A stretch of 41,783 bases of DNA from a virus (lineage: Duplodnaviria > Caudoviricetes): the IMG/VR virus record IMGVR_UViG_3300023275_000006, positions 1 to 41,783 of that record. One strand, given 5' to 3'. The notes under the pieces are model-generated. The model was not told the origin of the DNA and did no database searches. It saw only the letters and a program-made list of their open reading frames with translations. The position numbers and the translations under genes were made by a program. Below, one piece after another: positions 36,376 through 41,783 of the stretch (the first letter of the stretch is position 1; each line of letters starts with the position of its first letter).

Positions 36376-36376
36376 T

Positions 36377-36565
36377 TTAATATTCTTTTCTCTCTTTCTT
36401 TCTTGGTCTGATTTTGGGTTTCTGAATTTTACATTTTTGAATGCGGGAATCGAGGTAGTATCTGCTATTGACCCATTTAAGAGTAATTTCAAATATTTCT
36501 CTAAGCCGTGCTTCTGTCATATCTCGATCTTCTGGTGATGCCACTATTCTAATGTCAAAGTGCAT
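36377..36565 (-). CDS. Hypothetical basic protein (62 aa)
   Basis: GGAGG RBS. Confidence 0.6.
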   Translation of the reverse strand: MHFDIRIVASPEDRDMTEARLREIFEITLKWVNSRYYLDSRIQKCKIQKPKIRPRKKERKEY

Positions 36566-36710
36566 GAATTATGTGCCTCCATAGGCGCGCGAGAAATGTT
36601 ACGAAGTTGCCCCTATAATGAAAGGTTGATTGGTGATTCCCGGCCCGTAGCGGCAGTCGGACGCGATAGCTGGGAATTAAGGCTGGGCCGTGATTAATGA
36701 ATTTTCGCAT
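36555..36710 (-). CDS. Hypothetical basic protein (51 aa)
   Basis: TAATG-coupled start at 36710. Confidence 0.5.
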   Translation of the reverse strand: MRKFINHGPALIPSYRVRLPLRAGNHQSTFHYRGNFVTFLARLWRHIIHAL

Positions 36711-36850
36711 TAATGATTCCCCACGCCAAATATAGTCATGAATCCCCATACTGCCGCGGTTATGAATAGCACTTGCCATACGAATTTCTTACTCAGGAGC
36801 CATAGAAAAACTATGGCCCCCAAGAACATGATTACTCCGTCGCCGTTCAT
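36710..36850 (-). CDS. Small two-TM membrane protein (46 aa)
   Basis: Manual translation: MNGDGVIMFLGAIVFLWLLSKKFVWQVLFITAAVWGFMTIFGVGNH. Confidence 0.6.
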   Translation of the reverse strand: MNGDGVIMFLGAIVFLWLLSKKFVWQVLFITAAVWGFMTIFGVGNH

Positions 36851-36851
36851 T

Positions 36852-36932
36852 TTAGAACCACGCTTTCTTAATGATGTATGCTACACCGATAATGATGAGT
36901 GTGATGGAAAGATAGAGCGATGGGAATAACAT
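36852..36932 (-). CDS. Single-TM micro-protein (26 aa)
   Basis: Manual translation: MLFPSLYLSITLIIIGVAYIIKKAWF; AAGGAG RBS. Confidence 0.6.
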   Translation of the reverse strand: MLFPSLYLSITLIIIGVAYIIKKAWF

Positions 36933-36933
36933 A

Positions 36934-37770
36934 TTAGTCGGCTCCTTCAGAAGATGGGGATTCTAAGAGTTTCGTATACTTGACGGCTGGCCGTGTCATT
37001 AAATCTCGGAGCTGCCTTGCAAGGTGTCGAATTTCATTCTTGCAGTATTCAAAGGTACGGTAAGATTCATGATAAAAGAATCCTGTTGGCATGTTGTATT
37101 TGATACTCATGGCAAGCATACCGGGAACTAGGTCGCCAGCATGAGCGCAGTCAAATCCATATGTCCAGACTTTATAGTTTTCGAGCGCGCTGTGAGACAT
37201 TGGAAACTCACCGTAGTCTGAGAATGTTAATCCTCCGTGAACTACGATGTCGAGTTCCATTTCGTAGATGTTATTGTATGATTTGTCCCGTAATGGGTGA
37301 TTCGGCATGATACCGACGTAGCCGCACCATGCTCCGATTTTATTACGGACTGCAATACATGGGAATCCGTAAGCAATAAATTCGGCGCGGTCAGGTTCAT
37401 TGTCCCACGGTCCTTCTGGCCAATCAGTACGATCTACGTGCCAGAGATCAATGACGTCAAGATTGAGCTTTGAGGCTTCGTCATAAATGATTGGTTCTCT
37501 TATGTCGATGCCGGGGTCGAATACCTCCGGCGTGAGTACTAGTTGATTGTGATTGAGTCGATTTTCTAGTGTAGTCACGATCAATGAATTACAGCCCGGA
37601 CATCTAGTTGCTTTGGTATTGATATTTGAGGCTTCTCCACATTCTTTGCAAGTCCAGAATACGTAGCCCGGTATTTTATTTAAGTTTGTCATTTGTTGTT
37701 TTCTCTTTTTCAGCTTTTGCAGTCTTTTTAATGCGCTTCTCTTTGATAGTAGCTTCTTATTCTTGGGCAT
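36934..37770 (-). CDS. Conserved phage protein (Zn ribbon plus VHGGLT domain)
   Basis: GGGAGG RBS; CKEC..CPGC, GPWDNEPD, WCGYVG, VHGGLTFS and GFDCAH motifs; alternative start at 37692. Confidence 0.75.
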   Translation of the reverse strand: MPKNKKLLSKRSALKRLQKLKKRKQQMTNLNKIPGYVFWTCKECGEASNINTKATRCPGCNSLIVTTLENRLNHNQLVLTPEVFDPGIDIREPIIYDEASKLNLDVIDLWHVDRTDWPEGPWDNEPDRAEFIAYGFPCIAVRNKIGAWCGYVGIMPNHPLRDKSYNNIYEMELDIVVHGGLTFSDYGEFPMSHSALENYKVWTYGFDCAHAGDLVPGMLAMSIKYNMPTGFFYHESYRTFEYCKNEIRHLARQLRDLMTRPAVKYTKLLESPSSEGAD

Positions 37771-37784
37771 TCTTCCTCCCTGAG

Positions 37785-39791
37785 TTACAATCGACTTGAA
37801 ACTACCTTCATCATAAATTCCCGCCACGTTGCCGGATCAGATTCTACGTGCCAATCATTGTCGATCGTTTGATGAATGATGTCACGCTTGGTTTCTACAA
37901 GATCATAGAAGAATTCATCTATTGTTCCGCGGGCCACAAGATACTCGACATTGGTGATTTTGTTTTCATTGTCCGGCCAGCGATCACCGAGCCATGATTT
38001 CATACGTTCCCGCATCATTGGAATGTCAGGATTGTAGAATCGTTTCTCGAACTGATCTTCGTAGGCTGATGACCACTGACGTTCAAGGATTAGGACGTTT
38101 TCTACATACCAGAAATCCATACCTACGCCGCCCGCCAACATGTTGATTGCACATACACGTTCCGGCGAAGTCATGAAATCCCGCATTATGCGATCTTTCT
38201 CTTTTTTAGAATCGAGGCCCGTGAGTGTTTGAATCGGAGAGCCGAATGCTAATTCAAGAGAATCCTTAACTACATGATGATGAATCCCTATGGCGTACTT
38301 GGTGTAATCCGGGGCTGAATCAATAGATTCTTCGATCATCTGTGCTGCAAATTTAGTCTTTGCGAGGCCGCAGATTTGACGGAGGATAGCAATTTCACCG
38401 ATGCTGGTACCACGGGTAAAATTAGACTTTATCATGTCTTCTTCTATCTTATCGAGCGTTTGGTTGTAGAGCTTCTTTAATGTATCGTCCTCAATAGCAA
38501 CTAGCGTGAAATTACGATTTAGGATCGGTAGTTCAGAGTAGACATCCTTATATTCGCGCCGTAAAACGTAGGGTTCAACGAAGTTACGAAATGTTTCGAG
38601 TCGATGTGGGTGGATTCTTGAGAATTTGCCAGTGTTATGATCTTGGATTAACCAATCCTTGCGGAATCTGTGGAGACTTGGAACCTTGTCCGGGGCTAGA
38701 ATATGAAGTGGGACGTAGTATTCTTCGGCGTTGTTAACGATTGCCGTGCCGGACATCATTACGATTCCACATTGTGACCGTTCGAGCACTGGGGCTTGGG
38801 AAGTCATAGAAACGTATGCTTCACAAACTGGGCATTTCGATGCTTTACGAATAGTCTTAATTGTGTTGCGGTCATCTACTTGGACGATAACTTTCTCAGT
38901 CCATGTGATTTTAGTGCTCTTAGCATTGCCAGATAAGACTAGATCAGTGATAACTTTTTGATCTTTCTGGTATTGCATGAATGTATCAGTCGTGCCACCA
39001 TGATCCGGGTGAGCTTTAAGAGCTGCGAGTTTCATAGCTCTGAGAACATCATCCCCGGTGGCCGCATCAGAGAGTCCGTATTTTTCATAAAGTACCTCAG
39101 ATTCATGAGTCCACGGGCAGGTGAAAGTGTACTCTTGTTCCGTTTCATGCTGCGAGATGTTATTGAGGAATTGTAGCAGGCCGCGAGTTCTTGCTGTGTC
39201 AGTATTTTTAAAACTGTGGGCCTCGTCAACGCAGACAACCTTGAGTTGTAGTTCTAAGAGTTTTTCAACCATGCTGTCGCCATTAGGTTCAAAGATTCTA
39301 CAATCACAAGGATCTTTGGCTTTGCCAACTTTCATACCGCATCGTCCAGAACAATCTTCGTGCCGTTCAGCTACGTGCCCGCATGATTTGCAACGCCCTT
39401 TACGACCGATGAGATCCATTGAAATGATGTACATATCAATTCCATCGGGGATGAATCCGTCTTGGGATTGAATGATGAAGCAACTAAGATTGGACTTGGA
39501 ATACCATTTTTTGATTTCCCGTGCCCATTGAAAGATGTTAGCGGGCTTGAGAACGATAAGCATGGGGAAACGATCATCACCGTTCTTTTTAGCTGAGGCT
39601 GCTGCTAGTAGGAATTGATTTGTCTTACCGAGCCGCATTTGATCCCCGAGGAAAGCATTAAATCCGATGGGATTCATGGGATGGCCATTGTATAGAAAAT
39701 CGACGCCTATGGCTTGATAATCGCGTGCGTGCATCGAATTATCAACTGAGTCGAGAACAAGAGGTTTCTTGATATATGGTCGTTGGGACAT
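37785..39791 (-). CDS. SNF2-type SF2 helicase with inserted Zn-binding modules and J-domain
   Basis: Q motif DYQ, motif I DQMRLGKT, II DEAH, III MSGTA, V AGGVGMD, VI QFEKRF; HPD motif at 39003-39011. Confidence 0.9.
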   Translation of the reverse strand: MSQRPYIKKPLVLDSVDNSMHARDYQAIGVDFLYNGHPMNPIGFNAFLGDQMRLGKTNQFLLAAASAKKNGDDRFPMLIVLKPANIFQWAREIKKWYSKSNLSCFIIQSQDGFIPDGIDMYIISMDLIGRKGRCKSCGHVAERHEDCSGRCGMKVGKAKDPCDCRIFEPNGDSMVEKLLELQLKVVCVDEAHSFKNTDTARTRGLLQFLNNISQHETEQEYTFTCPWTHESEVLYEKYGLSDAATGDDVLRAMKLAALKAHPDHGGTTDTFMQYQKDQKVITDLVLSGNAKSTKITWTEKVIVQVDDRNTIKTIRKASKCPVCEAYVSMTSQAPVLERSQCGIVMMSGTAIVNNAEEYYVPLHILAPDKVPSLHRFRKDWLIQDHNTGKFSRIHPHRLETFRNFVEPYVLRREYKDVYSELPILNRNFTLVAIEDDTLKKLYNQTLDKIEEDMIKSNFTRGTSIGEIAILRQICGLAKTKFAAQMIEESIDSAPDYTKYAIGIHHHVVKDSLELAFGSPIQTLTGLDSKKEKDRIMRDFMTSPERVCAINMLAGGVGMDFWYVENVLILERQWSSAYEDQFEKRFYNPDIPMMRERMKSWLGDRWPDNENKITNVEYLVARGTIDEFFYDLVETKRDIIHQTIDNDWHVESDPATWREFMMKVVSSRL

Positions 39792-39974
39792 TTAGTTTAC
39801 GTCCTCCGCATGTTTATTGTGAAACGATAAAGGCGTGGCCCGTACCATTTCCATCGCGTCCTGTTTTGTAGGAAATGGTCCGAACAGTGGATTACCGTAA
39901 ACATCACAAACCATCCATTTACCGGGATACTGTTCTTTGTATTTGACTGGGATTAGTAATTTATCTTGAGACAT
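39792..39974 (-). CDS. Hypothetical protein (60 aa)
   Basis: W......GPFPTKQDA motif common in small phage proteins. Confidence 0.65.
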   Translation of the reverse strand: MSQDKLLIPVKYKEQYPGKWMVCDVYGNPLFGPFPTKQDAMEMVRATPLSFHNKHAEDVN

Positions 39975-40011
39975 GATTTTTAAGCTGTCGCTCTCTTTCT
40001 TGGATTGTTAA

Positions 40012-40791
40012 TTAGCTGCGTTTCTTAGATAGGAATTTCATTGCTTCTTCACGGGCTTCATTTTCATCTAGCCCGAGTTTCATGTAGGTTCCCATAACCT
40101 TAAAGAGTGTTTTTTCTTCTGGAGTCATGAGTTTGGTGTCACGTGAAAGCTTAACTGTCTCACGTTGTGATTTCTCGGCTCTTTTGATTGCTTTTTTCTC
40201 TGCTTTTGCTTCTTCAGTAGCACGGGACGAGAGAACCTGTTGTTTATCACGCGCCTTGATTCGAATGGTTTCCTTGTTCTTGCCGAGTATTGTATGAAGT
40301 GCCCCTGCCGCGGCCTCAAGTTTAACGAGTAGCAAGTAAATGTCGTCATGATTCAACTTGTGATTGTATACGATATTGTGCATCTCACGAATAGCAACGT
40401 CACGATTTGTCTGTTCCGTGAGAATAGGATTTACTTCCATGAATAAGCGGATGCGATTAAGATGCTCGAAATGTTTACGTGAGATGGTAACTTGTGTTTT
40501 ATCTTCGAGTAGGTTTTCACGCTGGGCATAAACAAGGGCGCATGATGCGTGCATTGGCTCGGAATCATTACGCACGCAGATATTGATATCTTCGGGGGAT
40601 AACAGCTTGGCACATTGTGTGCATTGGCGGTGATTATCGCAGACGGGAAATTCATGAACACAGGGCGTTGCACAATACGTGCAGGCATGTTCGGGGCCAT
40701 TATTAAGACCCTCGAATATTTCAGATGGACGCCGGAATGTTGATACGACCGCGGCGTCGGTGAGAGGAATTTCTTGTTCTGTGGGCGTCAT
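40012..40791 (-). CDS. Cys/His-rich Zn-binding plus coiled-coil protein (259 aa)
   Basis: CTYC, CDNH, CTQC and HASC motifs; GGAGGAG RBS. Confidence 0.75.
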   Translation of the reverse strand: MTPTEQEIPLTDAAVVSTFRRPSEIFEGLNNGPEHACTYCATPCVHEFPVCDNHRQCTQCAKLLSPEDINICVRNDSEPMHASCALVYAQRENLLEDKTQVTISRKHFEHLNRIRLFMEVNPILTEQTNRDVAIREMHNIVYNHKLNHDDIYLLLVKLEAAAGALHTILGKNKETIRIKARDKQQVLSSRATEEAKAEKKAIKRAEKSQRETVKLSRDTKLMTPEEKTLFKVMGTYMKLGLDENEAREEAMKFLSKKRS

Positions 40792-41042
40792 TATTCTACT
40801 CCTCCCATGCGATGGCTGGGATATAGTGAGGATACGATTCTTGATGTTCCGAATCGTGGTTTCACGGCATATGAGAACATCTGCTCGCCGTCGTGAAACA
40901 TGTTTTCATGTTGCTCGTACATTCTAGCTGCGATCCCGTCAGCTTCAAAGCGAAACATAGTTTCTGCGACATCGGTGATTTCCGGCCCGTGTGCCGTGAG
41001 CTTGGTTTCGACTACTTTCCAGAGATTTATTGATTTGGTCAT
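40791..41042 (-). CDS. Hypothetical protein
   Basis: AGGA RBS; alternative GTG start at 41060. Confidence 0.65.
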   Translation of the reverse strand: MTKSINLWKVVETKLTAHGPEITDVAETMFRFEADGIAARMYEQHENMFHDGEQMFSYAVKPRFGTSRIVSSLYPSHRMGGVE

Positions 41043-41043
41043 T

Positions 41044-41334
41044 TTATTTCCTGTAATCACTTATCCTTACGTCTACTTTCTTGTTAATGGTGCCCGCAGC
41101 GAAACTAGGCGGTAATTTATCGAACATTAAAACGTATTCCTCGAATGATACTACCTTTTCGGTGAGAATAACGTATCCTGATCCACCTTGTTCCGCTAAT
41201 TTAATAAACTTCAGCGCGCTATCTTTGCGGCCCGTCTTAAATACTTCGACGGGTGCCCCAATATGATTTGGCGAAGATACTATATAGATTCTATGGTGTC
41301 CTTTCCTTTTTGGTATTCTAGGTTTTAGTAGCAT
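41044..41334 (-). CDS. Hypothetical protein (96 aa), first leftward gene
   Basis: ORF downstream of the promoter at 41458. Confidence 0.65.
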   Translation of the reverse strand: MLLKPRIPKRKGHHRIYIVSSPNHIGAPVEVFKTGRKDSALKFIKLAEQGGSGYVILTEKVVSFEEYVLMFDKLPPSFAAGTINKKVDVRISDYRK

Positions 41335-41429
41335 ATTGTTTGACCGAATTTAAGAATTTAGGGGATTTAATACGCTATTCTGTTGACCCTGCCATGAGTG
41401 GCGGAGGCTGGGCGTAGGCTCCCCGTATG

Positions 41430-41458
41430 ATCTTACCACAGTACCCGCATGGTGTCAA
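41430..41458 (-). promoter_or_regulatory. Strong sigma70-type promoter for the leftward arm
   Basis: TTGACA, 17-bp spacer, TAAGAT with extended -10 TG. Confidence 0.8.
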
Positions 41459-41475
41459 CTAAATAAGTGGCTTAG

Positions 41476-41488
41476 AATCAAGGGTTTA
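41476..41488 (+). promoter_or_regulatory. IHF-consensus site upstream of the leftward promoter
   Basis: AATCAAGGGTTTA is a perfect WATCAANNNNTTR match. Confidence 0.5.
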
Positions 41489-41549
41489 GGGGGATTTTGG
41501 TACTTTTAGGGGTGATTAGTACTTTTTTACTGGAAGCACGACCCCGGAC

Positions 41550-41692
41550 AGTGCAATTTTTGCACTTGTAAGTTGTTGAAAAGAAAGGAGTTAATTTAGG
41601 CTGGTACTTTGCTATTGTTTTCTTTTTTTTATTATTTTTTTTTTTATTAAATCTTTTAGAATCACGACTTTGGGGATGTGTAAAAATTACAC
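41550..41692. promoter_or_regulatory. Two perfect palindromes GTGYAA-WWW-TTRCAC
   Basis: AGTGCAATTTTTGCACT (41550-41566) and GTGTAAAAATTACAC (41678-41692). Confidence 0.6.
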
Positions 41693-41715
41693 TTTTGCTT
41701 GTGTGTGGGGGGGGG

Positions 41716-41770
41716 GGGGTGTTTAAATCCTTCTGGGTTAAGCGAAATGCTTTACAACCAATAGAAAAAA
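41716..41770 (+). repeat. Right copy of degenerate terminal direct repeat
   Basis: 45/55 identities to positions 1-55; preceded by a poly-G run. Confidence 0.75.
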
Positions 41771-41783
41771 ACCTACAAGTTTA

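Noticed and set aside
36596-36623. Fourth copy of the left-end repeat (ATGTTACGAAGTTGCCCCTATAA)
   Set aside because: Partial, gapped match inside a probable coding region; may be chance.
38820-39392. Intein in the helicase
   Set aside because: The inserts lack intein splice-junction motifs (C-terminal HN followed by C/S/T) and any homing endonuclease signature.
41616-41719. Poly-T and poly-G runs as functional elements
   Set aside because: They lie at the contig end, where low-quality sequence is likely; cannot be trusted without reads.
1-41783. Prophage or temperate lifestyle
   Set aside because: No integrase, repressor, partition genes or flanking host genes recognised.

Overview
The window looks like an essentially complete ~41.8-kb tailed dsDNA phage genome with podovirus-type architecture. 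Its two ends share a degenerate ~55-bp direct repeat. A non-coding control region spans the end junction (41335-41783 and 1-1077) and holds two divergent sigma70-like promoters, IHF-consensus sites and several repeats. Rightward there are four small early genes, a terminator and a second motif-rich non-coding island (2365-2876). A late operon follows (2877-25913): small proteins, three paralogous fibre/receptor-binding proteins, terminase, portal, scaffold, major capsid, decoration protein, two adaptors, nozzle and three ejection-type proteins. Leftward (41334-25965) is an early/replication arm: SNF2-type helicase, Cas4/RecB-like nuclease, Sak4-like ATPase, DUF669-like SSB, UDG-exonuclease-PolA fusion polymerase, dATP/dGTP diphosphohydrolase-domain protein and DUF3987 protein. 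I recognised no integrase, RNA polymerase, endolysin, primase domain, reverse transcriptase or tRNA. The most striking signal is a DnaJ-type J-domain (HPD motif) inserted with Zn-binding modules inside the SNF2 helicase core. Several replication enzymes also have rewired catalytic motifs, and three CRISPR-repeat-like units lie near the left end. All family assignments come from motif recognition by eye, not database searches.
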